The notes under the pieces are model-generated. The model had not been told where the DNA came from and searched no databases. It was given only the letters and a program-made list of their open reading frames with translations. Shown one piece after another: positions 9,575 through 19,915 of a DNA stretch of 64,000 bases. The stretch lies in IMG/VR virus record IMGVR_UViG_3300025314_000006. One strand, 5' to 3'. The stretch is from a virus. Its lineage: Duplodnaviria > Caudoviricetes. The stretch's first letter is position 1, and every line of letters begins with the position of its first letter. The position numbers and the translations under genes are program-made.

Positions 9575-12500
9575 CTAACTCACAAGCTTAGTATCTTCAA
9601 TCACGAGATTTTGAATTTCGCGCCCGTTGAGGCGTAAGTTTATTGTTATTGGTGCAATTTTTACAGTTTGTTCTGTTTGTCCTTTTTCAGAACTTCCACC
9701 AAAAACTGCATTTGCTAAACCAGAAATAGCTGAAGCGGTTGAAAGACGTTCAGCAGCTGAGGCCATATTATTTAATTTTTCAACATCAAGTCCCTTAACT
9801 GCTTCTTTTAATTTTCCAATTCCTTCTGCCATAGAATTTGTTGCAATAGCTGATATTTGCATTGCTGGAGCTAAAATAACCATAACAGCAGCAAGACTTC
9901 CAAGCGCAAATGACATCATCAATAATCCAGGAATAGCAAATAAACCAATTCCAGCAAGACCTAATAATCCAGGAAGAATAGAAACCAATGCGCTTCCCAT
10001 TCCTGAAAATCCATTCCAATCTACAGTTGACATAGCGTTAAATCCAGATGCAGCAACTAATAAAGAAGCCCCAAATAACATTAATGATAAACCGGCAATT
10101 GCAAGAGCTCCTGCTCCAAAAAGAAAAGCAAGACCAGCAGGAGTCATCATAATTGCACCAATTCCAGCAAGAGCTAACACTGCAAGTGCTGCCATTCCAA
10201 TAGAAATAAGCATTTGCGACCAAGGTATTCCTGCCATCATTTGCATTGCAAATGCGAATGGTATTAAAGCAACGGACATAACAAGCATAGCAAAACTTCC
10301 TTTTAGAATATCTCCGGAACTTATTTTCCCCATTATTTTACTCATAATCCACATAGCCCCAGCTAATTCAACTAAAGAGAATCCAAATGCCACTAATAAT
10401 ACTGGATTTATAGAAGAAAACACAGCAGCTAAAATACCAAGTGAACCACCAATTAACAAAACTGATATTGCTAATGTACCAGCACCTTGTATTATTTTTT
10501 TAGAATTAGCTCCACCAAATGCTTTTAATCCTGATGCTATACTCTCTAAAAAACCTCCAGGTTTTTTACCTTCCGGAACTTCTCCAGCACCTTTAACTTT
10601 TGGCATGCCGTAACTTCTTGGTTTAAATACTTTTTCAGCACCACCTCCAAATAATTTTCCTGTAATACCTTTAATGCTACCTAATAATTTTGTAAAAGCA
10701 CTACCTCCAAACGCCAAATATAAAGCAGCGGTTAGAGCGATTATTGCACCTACAATTTGTCCTCCACCACCAAATATTTCATCCCATCCTTTTTGAAGTA
10801 AGGAAAATCCAGAAGTTATTACGTTTAAAACCCAACCTATACCTTTTAAAACTGGCTCAAACACAGTCATTGTTGCTAAAAGAGAAGTCACAAAACTATC
10901 AAAACTTTGTTTCATAGATTGATTTGCAATATTTCTCGCTTCTAAATCAGTAGCATCATTTACTGCTTTTTCTCTAGCTATTTTAATCATTTCTGGAGTT
11001 AATTTTGATAAATCTGTAACTCCACCAACATCTAATTTTATTTCACCTTTATCTCCTATACTTGATAAGTTCGTTATAAACTCTTGGTCTTCAGGAGATA
11101 ACCCCTGAAGTGTTGAACCTAATAAATCTATTTTTTTATTTTTTAAAGCAGCTTGTGATATATAATTATACATTTCATCAGTTGATAAATGTAATGCTTC
11201 TGCAGCCATTGCTAATCTTTTTTTATCTACTGGGTTGATTTGAAATTTTCCATCTTTATTAATTTCTCCAATATCTGCCCCTAATTTACTAATCATATCT
11301 ATCATAGCATCGCCGCCCTCTTGGGAGGCGCTCATGAGTGAAAAAGGATCAACGTTTGCAAACGATCCTCCCACGAGCTGAAGTTGTGCGGCTGAATCGA
11401 TCGAATTTTCTAAATTCATCTGGAAAGCCTCTGTTACCTTTAGAATAGAGTCCATTGATACTCCCATTTTTTCTGCTTTTACAGCCATTTTAGCTAATGA
11501 TGCCTCTCCTTCTTTAAATCCCATTTTTTGCCATCTTGGTAATTCTTTTGCAATTTCAGAAGTCACCTTCGATACGTTTACTCCATAAATTTTAGAAGTT
11601 TTTGCTATGTTAGTAAACATATTTTTAATATCTTCTGTGGAAGAACCCAAAAACTTCATTTGTCCAACTATTCCATTAACTTCTTCTCCTGTAGCTCCAA
11701 GAGCTCCTGGAATTGCTTGAAATTGTTTTGCGAGTTCAGCTACTGCTGGAATATTATTTGTTTTAAGAGTATTAGCTAATTGTTCAACGTTTTTAAAAGA
11801 TTCTTCAGTACTAACTCCAAATTGTGCACCATTAGATACTAAGGATGACATAGACTCAGAAGTCGCTCTAATTTGGTCACCGGTTACACTAAATTTTCTT
11901 TGAATGTCTGATAATTTATCATCAAACATCATTAAAGTATCAACTATTTTTTGTGGACTTATATTTTGTGCGAAATTTTTTCCAATTTTTGTTAAAGCAT
12001 TTGATAAAGAGAAAACTTTTTTATTGGCTTCTTCTAATTCTGCTGTTGCTTTTTTTAAATCTTTATTAATTTCTATAAGTCCTTCTGGTCCATTTTTTTT
12101 AAAAAAATCAGAAAGACCGTCTTTATCTTTTAATTTATTCGTTATTTTTTTAAAAGCACTTAACCCATCTTCTCCCCACTTATCTATAAAAGCACTAAAA
12201 TCTTTTGTTTTTAAAGCCTCCGCTAAGGCTTTTCCCATGTCTGGCGTTTTTTTTGAAAAATCTTTTACTAATTTTTCTAAGTTCCCAGTATTTCCGTAAA
12301 TTGCTTTTTTAAAGTCTTTATTTAAAACTTCTGCAGATTCATTAAAAGCTTCCTTTAATATATCAACCTCTTTTGTCATCTTTGAAATATCTTCAGCAGA
12401 AGAATTCATTTTAACAAAAAAATCACTTTTATTTATTCCTATTATAGCATTAGATATTGAATTAAAATTTTCGTCTGATTTTTCAATGTCAGCAGAAAAG

Positions 12501-12604
12501 TCATAACCTGATTTTTGCATATCGGACATCAATTTTGCTATCTTAGATGCTCTTTTTTCATCTGATGCACTAAATTTTCCGCTATCGTTATTTTGCTTTG
12601 CCAT
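9575..12604 (-). CDS. Tape measure protein
   Basis: 1009 aa, helical, with Ala/Gly/Leu-rich hydrophobic C-terminal half; ends APITINLRLNGREI; sits upstream of the baseplate genes. Confidence 0.8.
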   Translation of the reverse strand: MAKQNNDSGKFSASDEKRASKIAKLMSDMQKSGYDFSADIEKSDENFNSISNAIIGINKSDFFVKMNSSAEDISKMTKEVDILKEAFNESAEVLNKDFKKAIYGNTGNLEKLVKDFSKKTPDMGKALAEALKTKDFSAFIDKWGEDGLSAFKKITNKLKDKDGLSDFFKKNGPEGLIEINKDLKKATAELEEANKKVFSLSNALTKIGKNFAQNISPQKIVDTLMMFDDKLSDIQRKFSVTGDQIRATSESMSSLVSNGAQFGVSTEESFKNVEQLANTLKTNNIPAVAELAKQFQAIPGALGATGEEVNGIVGQMKFLGSSTEDIKNMFTNIAKTSKIYGVNVSKVTSEIAKELPRWQKMGFKEGEASLAKMAVKAEKMGVSMDSILKVTEAFQMNLENSIDSAAQLQLVGGSFANVDPFSLMSASQEGGDAMIDMISKLGADIGEINKDGKFQINPVDKKRLAMAAEALHLSTDEMYNYISQAALKNKKIDLLGSTLQGLSPEDQEFITNLSSIGDKGEIKLDVGGVTDLSKLTPEMIKIAREKAVNDATDLEARNIANQSMKQSFDSFVTSLLATMTVFEPVLKGIGWVLNVITSGFSLLQKGWDEIFGGGGQIVGAIIALTAALYLAFGGSAFTKLLGSIKGITGKLFGGGAEKVFKPRSYGMPKVKGAGEVPEGKKPGGFLESIASGLKAFGGANSKKIIQGAGTLAISVLLIGGSLGILAAVFSSINPVLLVAFGFSLVELAGAMWIMSKIMGKISSGDILKGSFAMLVMSVALIPFAFAMQMMAGIPWSQMLISIGMAALAVLALAGIGAIMMTPAGLAFLFGAGALAIAGLSLMLFGASLLVAASGFNAMSTVDWNGFSGMGSALVSILPGLLGLAGIGLFAIPGLLMMSFALGSLAAVMVILAPAMQISAIATNSMAEGIGKLKEAVKGLDVEKLNNMASAAERLSTASAISGLANAVFGGSSEKGQTEQTVKIAPITINLRLNGREIQNLVIEDTKLVS

Positions 12605-12625
12605 ATCTATAAAATAAATAACTAA

Positions 12626-12660
12626 AAATAAAAAACCAAGCCTTATGAGCTTGGTTTTAA
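12626..12660 (-). terminator. Rho-independent terminator
   Basis: On the minus strand AAAACCAAGC-TCATAAG-GCTTGGTTTT followed by a T tract, just after the 12681 stop. Confidence 0.7.
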
Positions 12661-12680
12661 TTTAAATATATTGCAATATC

Positions 12681-13529
12681 TTATTTTTTCCCATACAACT
12701 CTTTTAGCTTGTCGTATTTTCCAGATGTAGAGCACATCGAGAGTTGCCCATCCAAATACTCAAAAGCTTCTCTTTCATTGTTTGACATTGGTTTTTGAAA
12801 GTTTGAATATGTAGCAAACCCAGTTTTGCCCATCTCTTCCATTTTATTAGTAGTTGATTTCTGACAAAGGACTCCATCTCTAAATTCAAAAGCTTCTTTT
12901 ATGTTATTGTAGTTTCCGTTTTCGAAATTAGAATAATTTTTCATATTAGAATGAGCTCCGGTCAAAACTAATAAAGAAGAGAAAAATCCAATAACTATTG
13001 TTATTAATACAATTAAACTCAATACAATTGAAAGGAATTTATTTAAATATAAATAATTACTAGTAAATTCCAAATATTCTCTTTGGTTATAAAAAACTGT
13101 TTGTCCATAATATATTATTGCAAAAAACGATACAAATCTAAAAACTCCCAACCAAGGAGAATAAGAATTTGGAAAAGCGAATAATGATTTATAAATGAAA
13201 ACAAATGGAAAAACAGGAATAGATTTTATTATTTCTATTATTCTGTCTCTTCTAAGTTCTTTAAGTAATTCTTCTCCTGCTTTTTTTATTTCTTCAGGAC
13301 TCATTTTTGATGATTTGCTTGTTTTTTTATTTTCATCTTGAGTATTTTCTGACTTTGTAAATATTCCGGAAAGCAACACATAGATAACATAAAGAGGATA
13401 AGTAATAAGCCTGAATGTAAACATTAAGGCATACACAAAAGAAAATGGTTCCTTTACAACTTTTTCTTGTGTTTTAGAACGAGGCTTTTTAACTTTTGTT
13501 TTTTTAGATATTTTTGTTGTTGTTTTCAT
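12681..13529 (-). CDS. Hypothetical multi-pass membrane protein
   Basis: Several hydrophobic segments in a 282-aa ORF; preceded by the bipartite promoter motif. Confidence 0.65.
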   Translation of the reverse strand: MKTTTKISKKTKVKKPRSKTQEKVVKEPFSFVYALMFTFRLITYPLYVIYVLLSGIFTKSENTQDENKKTSKSSKMSPEEIKKAGEELLKELRRDRIIEIIKSIPVFPFVFIYKSLFAFPNSYSPWLGVFRFVSFFAIIYYGQTVFYNQREYLEFTSNYLYLNKFLSIVLSLIVLITIVIGFFSSLLVLTGAHSNMKNYSNFENGNYNNIKEAFEFRDGVLCQKSTTNKMEEMGKTGFATYSNFQKPMSNNEREAFEYLDGQLSMCSTSGKYDKLKELYGKK

Positions 13530-13549
13530 AATTGTTGTTCTTTTTATGA

Positions 13550-13579
13550 TTAAACGTAAAAATAGAACAAATGTTGCAA
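13550..13579 (-). promoter_or_regulatory. Bipartite motif TTGCAACA-N15-CGTTTAA
   Basis: Exact copy upstream of the 13529 start; the same spacing recurs at several intergenic sites. Confidence 0.65.
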
Positions 13580-13679
13580 GATTAATAAATATAAAAAATA
13601 TAATTAGCCAGCTCTTTTTTATTTAGTGCTTTTATAGAAAACAATGTTTTTCTGAAGAAATTAAAAGTTAATCTTATAA

Positions 13680-14171
13680 TTAATTTGGAAGTCTATACAT
13701 TAACATACCCATTCGGTTAACGTCATTTGTTTCTTCAAAATTAAATTTTTTATAAAATTTTATAAGTCGATTTGTATCAGAACCATAAAAATCAGATGCT
13801 CTTAGTTTAATTTCTAAATTATTTTTATCAGCAAATTTTGTTATTTTTTCAAATAACACCGTTCCACTCCCTCTTTCTAAATCAGTTTTTATGACAAAAT
13901 CGTCTATCCATAAAACATATTGATTATTTTCTTTTTTAATTTTATATTCTATCTTACTTTCAGCTTGTTTATTGATAAAATTATTAAAAAACTCACCACT
14001 TATCTCATAAGTGTGTTCATCATAATTTTCAGTGTCTATTTGTTTATAACCACAATTACTACACCTTTCAGAACCTGTTGGAAAAGAATTTTTCATTCCA
14101 CAGGTTTGACAAAAAATGTCTTTCTTGAAGTTTTTTATAGCATCAATATGTTCACGAATTTCTTTACTCAT
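13680..14171 (-). CDS. GNAT acetyltransferase with a zinc ribbon
   Basis: CxxC...CxxC, then LERGSGTVLFEKI (acetyl-CoA loop) and RLIKFYKKFNF. Start moved to the ATG at 14171 (MSKEIREHIDAIKNF), which follows a CTATTTA motif. Confidence 0.7.
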   Translation of the reverse strand: MSKEIREHIDAIKNFKKDIFCQTCGMKNSFPTGSERCSNCGYKQIDTENYDEHTYEISGEFFNNFINKQAESKIEYKIKKENNQYVLWIDDFVIKTDLERGSGTVLFEKITKFADKNNLEIKLRASDFYGSDTNRLIKFYKKFNFEETNDVNRMGMLMYRLPN

Positions 14172-14184
14172 CCTTAATAAATAG

Positions 14185-14700
14185 CTAAATTTTAACAAAA
14201 ATCTGTTCTTCAATAAACTCAAAAAGTTCTTTTATTTTTTCTTGTTTGAAATACAGACGGTCTAATTGTTCTTGTTCTGCTCCGTATAATGTTGGCTCAA
14301 TTTTTATAAGAAATTCTGAATCACTGTGTGAAACTTCGACTCTGCAAAAATCATTTTCTTTATTAGAAATGGTATGAAAGTTCAAATTATATTTTACCAT
14401 TCCTATTGATATTCCTAATTCTGAAGTAATATTACTAAATCTTTTATCACCACTTTCTATTCCTTCATAAAATAGTCCTTTTGAGAAATAGAAAGTAAAA
14501 CACGCCATATCATTGAAATATTTCTGGAGCGTATATTTTTCTTTACTTAAGGACGTGTATCCTTTAAATACTGGTATTCTTTCTTTGTTTACCGGATAAA
14601 TGTAATCCATAATAATAAGAAGATTATCGTTTTCTTCAATTAAAATTGCATCTTTTGTAATGTCGAATTTTTCTGCTTGTTTAATTTCTGTTGTTTCCAT
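14185..14700 (-). CDS. Hypothetical protein
   Basis: 171-aa ORF in a tightly packed co-directional run. Confidence 0.7.
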   Translation of the reverse strand: METTEIKQAEKFDITKDAILIEENDNLLIIMDYIYPVNKERIPVFKGYTSLSKEKYTLQKYFNDMACFTFYFSKGLFYEGIESGDKRFSNITSELGISIGMVKYNLNFHTISNKENDFCRVEVSHSDSEFLIKIEPTLYGAEQEQLDRLYFKQEKIKELFEFIEEQIFVKI

Positions 14701-14724
14701 GATTTAATTGTTTTTAAGTTTTAA

Positions 14725-15456
14725 TCAAAAAATCTGACTATTAGCTACATTCGGTCTTAATTCTTGAAGTATTTTTGAATATTCCAGCATTTCATCTGTT
14801 GTAGTTTTGTCATTAAATTTTAAATTAAAGAACAAAGACTTAACCTCATCATCAGTTAATGTTTTATCTTCACAAAATTTCTTTATTTTACTTAAAGATT
14901 CAGTAAATGTAGGTTCTTTTGTTTTTTGTTTTATTTCAAACCTTTTTTTAAAAGACTCTAAAATCAAGAATATTTCTTCTGTTTTGACTTCTGAGATAAA
15001 TTCTATTTTGGGAATAAATTTTATCACATAAACTAGTTTCTCTTTTCTTCCTTCGGTATATTCCGAAGAGCACTCAACATGTCCTATTATTTTGTCGTTG
15101 TCTCTAATTTTTTCAGTATTCACAGTCAGGAAAATGAATCTATCTTTCTTTATAGCAACAACTTCGCAGGTATCTTCATCTACAAAATCCTTAATGTAGT
15201 TATCGCCAAAATCTAATACAAAAAATTTAGCACCATAACCAGAGCCTTCACTATAACCTGTATTTGGTTTTTTTATTTGTCCGGTACCAAAAAAAGCGAT
15301 ACCATTAAAACATGGCAAATTTTTATTACCATTAATGTGGTCTTTAACAACAAACATTGTTTCTTTATGATTTATAATTGGCTTTTCACAACCTTCCTTT
15401 TCGGAATAACCCATTAGCTTCATTTTTGAAGCTGTGTCTAAAATATCGTTTTTCAT
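14725..15456 (-). CDS. Hypothetical protein, paralog of 16540..17238
   Basis: Shares GCEKPII...FVVKD..NG...LPCF.GIAFF and KTE.IF.I.E.F.K.FEIK with the paralog. Confidence 0.75.
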   Translation of the reverse strand: MKNDILDTASKMKLMGYSEKEGCEKPIINHKETMFVVKDHINGNKNLPCFNGIAFFGTGQIKKPNTGYSEGSGYGAKFFVLDFGDNYIKDFVDEDTCEVVAIKKDRFIFLTVNTEKIRDNDKIIGHVECSSEYTEGRKEKLVYVIKFIPKIEFISEVKTEEIFLILESFKKRFEIKQKTKEPTFTESLSKIKKFCEDKTLTDDEVKSLFFNLKFNDKTTTDEMLEYSKILQELRPNVANSQIF

Positions 15457-15467
15457 GATTTTTGTTT

Positions 15468-15776
15468 TTAAAAATTATTTTTTAAAATTTCAACATTCCT
15501 ATTAACAACTTCAATCTCTTCTTTATCTAAATCCAATTCTCTTAATTCAATAATTGTTTTTAAAACATTAATTACATTCTCTATATCAGAATTTTCTAAA
15601 AATTTTGTATAATAAATAAAATTTCCGATTTCTAATTTATTTGCATAATCATTTCCTTTTTCTGCCGGATGATTCAAACCTTTTAATAAGAATTCTAATT
15701 CATTTTCAGTTAGAGACTTAAGTCTTTCTGTAATTAATAGAGCATTTTCTTTAATTTCCTTATTATCGTTTTTCAT
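15468..15776 (-). CDS. Hypothetical protein
   Basis: 102-aa ORF; 5' end similar to 14725..15456 (MKND). Confidence 0.7.
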   Translation of the reverse strand: MKNDNKEIKENALLITERLKSLTENELEFLLKGLNHPAEKGNDYANKLEIGNFIYYTKFLENSDIENVINVLKTIIELRELDLDKEEIEVVNRNVEILKNNF

Positions 15777-15837
15777 GATTTTGTTTTATTAAGTTAATAT
15801 CAAACTCTTGAGTTAATTTTGCTTTATCATTGTGCGT

Positions 15838-16236
15838 TTACCTTTGTTTTGCATCAATACTCTTGATAAAATCAAGGAAACCATCTACAATAATTGTATC
15901 GTATTTATCTCCTTTAATACAAAAGCATGTATCAATTAGCACGTAAGGGTCTTTTCTAAAATCCAATCTTAATTTATTGGCTATCCTGTCAAATAATCCA
16001 GCTGAGGCATAGCATTTTTCATAATCAGAATTCTCAAAAAACGAATCAATTTCATCAACTTTTATATGAATAGTCACATTTGCTTGAAGTTCTGATTTTA
16101 ATACATGAAAACAGAATTGGCGTACAGTTCTATCAAAATGTTCATTTTTTTTATTTAGATTTATCAATTCTTCTTTTGTTAATTTTTTTTCTGGAAAGTT
16201 TTCCAGTTGTTCTTTTGTTAATTTTAAATTTTCCAT
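15838..16236 (-). CDS. Hypothetical protein
   Basis: 132-aa ORF in a co-directional run. Confidence 0.7.
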   Translation of the reverse strand: MENLKLTKEQLENFPEKKLTKEELINLNKKNEHFDRTVRQFCFHVLKSELQANVTIHIKVDEIDSFFENSDYEKCYASAGLFDRIANKLRLDFRKDPYVLIDTCFCIKGDKYDTIIVDGFLDFIKSIDAKQR

Positions 16237-16240
16237 AGGT

Positions 16241-16528
16241 TTATTTTGATTTTTTTATTATTAAATTTTCATTTTCTTTTAAAATTTCTAATCCATTATT
16301 TAATATCAAAGGAAAGTTAATTGGAAAATCCAAATCACTTAATTCAACATCACCAAGTATGACTGCCTCATTTCTTTTGTTTTTAACAGCACAAAATCTC
16401 CAATCATTTTTAAAATCAAGAACTTTAAAAATTTCTTCTTTTCCTGTAATAAAATATAATTGAGTAATTTCAGATTTTATACTAATTGGTTTACTGAAAA
16501 ATACCGTCCATGTTTTTTGGGCTTCCAT
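16241..16528 (-). CDS. Hypothetical protein
   Basis: 95-aa ORF in a co-directional run. Confidence 0.65.
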   Translation of the reverse strand: MEAQKTWTVFFSKPISIKSEITQLYFITGKEEIFKVLDFKNDWRFCAVKNKRNEAVILGDVELSDLDFPINFPLILNNGLEILKENENLIIKKSK

Positions 16529-16539
16529 TTGTGATATAA

Positions 16540-17238
16540 TTATTTTATTTCAAACTGTTTTCTAAAATCTTCAATTATTGTAAAAATTTGTTCTGTTTTT
16601 ATTCCCAAATTAAGTACAGCTTCTTTTGTTGGAGTGAACGTTAATACATACATAAAATCTTCATTTCCTAATGATTCTTTTTTTCTCCCAACATTTCCAA
16701 CTATACAAGACTTAGAAGTGTTTTCATAAATAGGAATGTTGGTTACGTTGTCAGATAATCTTATTTGTTTATTATTAAAAAATGCTATACCTTTAAAACA
16801 AGGCAGTTCTTCATTTCCGTCAATACAATCTTTAACGACAAAAACAGTTCCATTTCTACTAATAATTGGTTTTTCGCAACCATCATCTTCAGAATGTCCT
16901 AACGATTTAAGTTTTGTGGCTATAAACAATATTTCTCTTAAAGAACTGCCAGACGGTTTGAGTGCAGATGACATTGATGCCATTTCTTTTCCAGATGAAA
17001 AATTTGATTGTTCTGATTGACAGTTTTGTTTTAATGTAATAATGTTTTCGTTAACAACATCAATTTCAGACCAACTCAATTCACTCAATTTAGAAATTAT
17101 AATTCCAATTCTATTCCATTTCTCAGGAGAAAAATCTTTCAATTTTTTTTGAATGTCAGTTATAAGAGTTAATTCTTTTCTAAAAAGTGGTTTTAAGAGT
17201 TCAACCACATCTACTACATTCTTTTCTTTGATTTTCAT
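16540..17238 (-). CDS. Hypothetical protein, paralog of 14725..15456
   Basis: Shared domain lies in the C-terminal half here and the N-terminal half in the paralog. Confidence 0.75.
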   Translation of the reverse strand: MKIKEKNVVDVVELLKPLFRKELTLITDIQKKLKDFSPEKWNRIGIIISKLSELSWSEIDVVNENIITLKQNCQSEQSNFSSGKEMASMSSALKPSGSSLREILFIATKLKSLGHSEDDGCEKPIISRNGTVFVVKDCIDGNEELPCFKGIAFFNNKQIRLSDNVTNIPIYENTSKSCIVGNVGRKKESLGNEDFMYVLTFTPTKEAVLNLGIKTEQIFTIIEDFRKQFEIK

Positions 17239-17272
17239 AATTGCTATTTTAATTAATGATTGTTTTTCTTAA

Positions 17273-17302
17273 TTAAACGCAATTATAAGCTAAATGTTGC
17301 AA
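17273..17302 (-). promoter_or_regulatory. Bipartite motif TTGCAACA-N15-CGTTTAA
   Basis: Exact copy upstream of the 17238 start. Confidence 0.65.
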
Positions 17303-18343
17303 TTATGGTTTTTTCTTTGGTACTCTTTTGGCAATTGTAGGTTTAACGATAGGTCTAACAGGTTTTGCAACAGCAGGATTCTTGGTAGTGATAACCTTAT
17401 TTAAACTTGAAATAAAGTAAGATAATGTTTTATTATCAGAAATTTTTTCATAATCAGAAGCATTTTCAGCTCTAACAATGGTATTCATATTTAATAAGCC
17501 CTTTTTAAATGAATCAATCATAGCACCGGAAGTATATGGACCTTTTTCTTTTCCTTTCGAAAGGATAAAGTATTTATTATTAATTGGTGATTGAGCAGGA
17601 ACTTTTGCAGTTTTAGTAATTTGTTGCAATTTTTGAGTCAATAACTTGTCATCCTTAACAAACTCAGTATTAGCTGAATTCGTTGGTCTTATTATTGTAT
17701 CTAAAGTAACTTTAAGATTTTTAAATCCTTTAATTGTTACTTTGTTTTTTATTGATTGCACTATATCGTTTGATGAAAAGGGTCCAAACTCTTTATCTGC
17801 TTTTTTAATGAAGTATTTAAATTCAATTTTTTTTGCTGTTGGAACATTATCTGCTTGATCATAATTTATTCCCATAAATTTAGAAGATGCTGGAAACCAT
17901 TTTCCTTTAAAAACAACTTTTTTACTACTCTTGTTCCAATCTAATAATTCAGCTTCAAAATTTCCATCAAAAAGCCATCCAATTTTCATTGGGTCTTTTT
18001 TTAAATCGTAAGTTCTTAGTGTTGCTTTTGTAATTCCGGCATTTTCTATAAATGGAGTTATATCTTTTACGTGGCTCCTTTTTCCAGATTTGTCGTAGAA
18101 AAAAGCTTCTGAACTTCCGGGCTCACTTGTAAATCTGTTATTATACTTTCCTAAATCAGATTTTTTAGCATCTACATTTGCAAGGTGTTTTTCAACAGAA
18201 GAACTACGAACGTATTGTTTGTTTGGTTGCGGTTTGTCTTTATATAACCAATTCTTTGGATGTAACTTACCCCAGTTAAATGCTTCAAATAGATTTTCTA
18301 TCCTATTGTTTAAGTCTTCAAATTCTTTTACCGGGTCTTTCAT
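17303..18343 (-). CDS. Protein with two GYF_2 (DUF4339)-like domains
   Basis: YFIKKADKEFGPFSSNDI and YFILSKGKEKGPYTSGAMIDSFKKGLLNMNTIVR; basic Pro-rich tail. Confidence 0.6.
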   Translation of the reverse strand: MKDPVKEFEDLNNRIENLFEAFNWGKLHPKNWLYKDKPQPNKQYVRSSSVEKHLANVDAKKSDLGKYNNRFTSEPGSSEAFFYDKSGKRSHVKDITPFIENAGITKATLRTYDLKKDPMKIGWLFDGNFEAELLDWNKSSKKVVFKGKWFPASSKFMGINYDQADNVPTAKKIEFKYFIKKADKEFGPFSSNDIVQSIKNKVTIKGFKNLKVTLDTIIRPTNSANTEFVKDDKLLTQKLQQITKTAKVPAQSPINNKYFILSKGKEKGPYTSGAMIDSFKKGLLNMNTIVRAENASDYEKISDNKTLSYFISSLNKVITTKNPAVAKPVRPIVKPTIAKRVPKKKP

Positions 18344-18430
18344 TGTGTTTTTCCGAACATTTTTTATTAAATAGTTTAGAAAAACAATAGTTATTTAAAT
18401 TACTTTTAAAATCCATTATATTTATAGGAA

Positions 18431-19495
18431 ATGCGAATAATGGAAAATTTAAGAAAATTTATAAAAAAAGTATTAAAAGAATCATTTGGAGTTCATGAAC
18501 CAACTGATGAATTGGCTGAGTGGTTATCAAATGAATTGATTGCAAACTTAAATTATTATCAAGAAAGAGGAATGTTAGATTCAAAAAAAAATATTATAAC
18601 ATTACCATTTAACATTCCCAATGAAATGATGCCAAAAACATTTTTAAATCAAATAAAAGTAAATTTAAATATTTCAGATAAAGGAAAAATAAATTCAATA
18701 ACTGGAGGTGATTTTGACACAAGCAAAACAAAAAGATTTGTAAGAAATAATCTATTTGTATATGATATAACAATAAACCTTAATTTTAATTGGGATTTCA
18801 AGTTTGATATTTCTGAAAAGATGACTTCTTTTTTCGAACACGAATTACATCACGCCTTCACTCATATAATTAAATTAAACAAAAAATCTAAATCAAAATA
18901 TCTAAATATGGTTTCAAGAATGCCAGTTTATGATTTACAGAACGTACTCGAAGAAAATCCTATTTTAAAAGATTTTGTATCTCATTTTTATTTAGCTTTA
19001 CCGGAAGAAGTTAACGCAAGAGTTCAGGAAGCGTATGGCGATATAAAAATTCATTTAAAAAAATCAGAAGAAGATTTAATGAAAGAGTTATATACAACAA
19101 GACCAATGGTTGACGCTGGAACAATGCTAATATATAAAACAGATAGAATATTTTCTTTACCAAAAGAAGTATTGGAAAATTTCATAAAACAATTTAATGT
19201 AAATATGAAGACATCAATAAATTTAGTTATTGCAAAAGCAAAAAGAGAAAATGATTTGGCGTATGCACATGATTCCGTTAAATATCCACAAACTGACACA
19301 ACAGCTTTTTTTACATTCTGGAGAAGAAGAATAAATAGAGAAGGCAATAAACTATTTAATAAAATCTTAAAAATGGTTAAAAAAGCAAAAAATTCAGAAG
19401 ATTATAAAATTGAAGCCATTGCTTATATGGATTCCGCAATTTTAGAAGAGGCGACTGGGTTTAATATAGAAGGATATAATGAACTTGATTTTTAG
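18431..19495 (+). CDS. Zincin-like metalloprotease (HExxH)
   Basis: FEHELHHAF plus a downstream EEVNARVQE. Confidence 0.55.
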   Translation: MRIMENLRKFIKKVLKESFGVHEPTDELAEWLSNELIANLNYYQERGMLDSKKNIITLPFNIPNEMMPKTFLNQIKVNLNISDKGKINSITGGDFDTSKTKRFVRNNLFVYDITINLNFNWDFKFDISEKMTSFFEHELHHAFTHIIKLNKKSKSKYLNMVSRMPVYDLQNVLEENPILKDFVSHFYLALPEEVNARVQEAYGDIKIHLKKSEEDLMKELYTTRPMVDAGTMLIYKTDRIFSLPKEVLENFIKQFNVNMKTSINLVIAKAKRENDLAYAHDSVKYPQTDTTAFFTFWRRRINREGNKLFNKILKMVKKAKNSEDYKIEAIAYMDSAILEEATGFNIEGYNELDF

Positions 19496-19866
19496 CTCAA
19501 AATCTTAGCTAAATCAACTTCTCCTTCCGCTATAATTCTTTTTTTAATAAAATTTCTAACAATATTTTCTGATTCATCAAAAACATTATACATAGATAAA
19601 GACTCTTCTTCTGTTAAATCAAAAGATTTATAGTCAACAAGTTCTTTAAATAGGATTTTTCCAACAAATGAACGAATTTCTTTATCTCCATCTTTAGTTG
19701 TCATTCTTATAATAAGAAAAGAAATGTGATTTTCTGAAAATAATTCAAAAAATGGATTAGGCTCTAATCCTGAATAGTTTTTAAAAGATTCTATTCTTAA
19801 ATTTTCTTCAGATTTTTTACATTCTTTTTTAAATGTTTCGATAAATTTTTCTTTTGTGATTTCCAT
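19492..19866 (-). CDS. Hypothetical protein
   Basis: 124-aa ORF; TATATTTG promoter-like box at 19883..19890. Confidence 0.65.
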   Translation of the reverse strand: MEITKEKFIETFKKECKKSEENLRIESFKNYSGLEPNPFFELFSENHISFLIIRMTTKDGDKEIRSFVGKILFKELVDYKSFDLTEEESLSMYNVFDESENIVRNFIKKRIIAEGEVDLAKILS

Positions 19867-19915
19867 GATTTTGTTTTTTTAACAAATATACTAATCAATC
19901 AGAAAAAAGTAAATA

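Noticed and set aside
9627-10613. 328-aa plus-strand ORF, and other short antisense or out-of-frame track ORFs inside long genes
   Set aside because: They lie within well-supported genes (tape measure, dnaE, capsid, endonucleases) and show no independent motifs.
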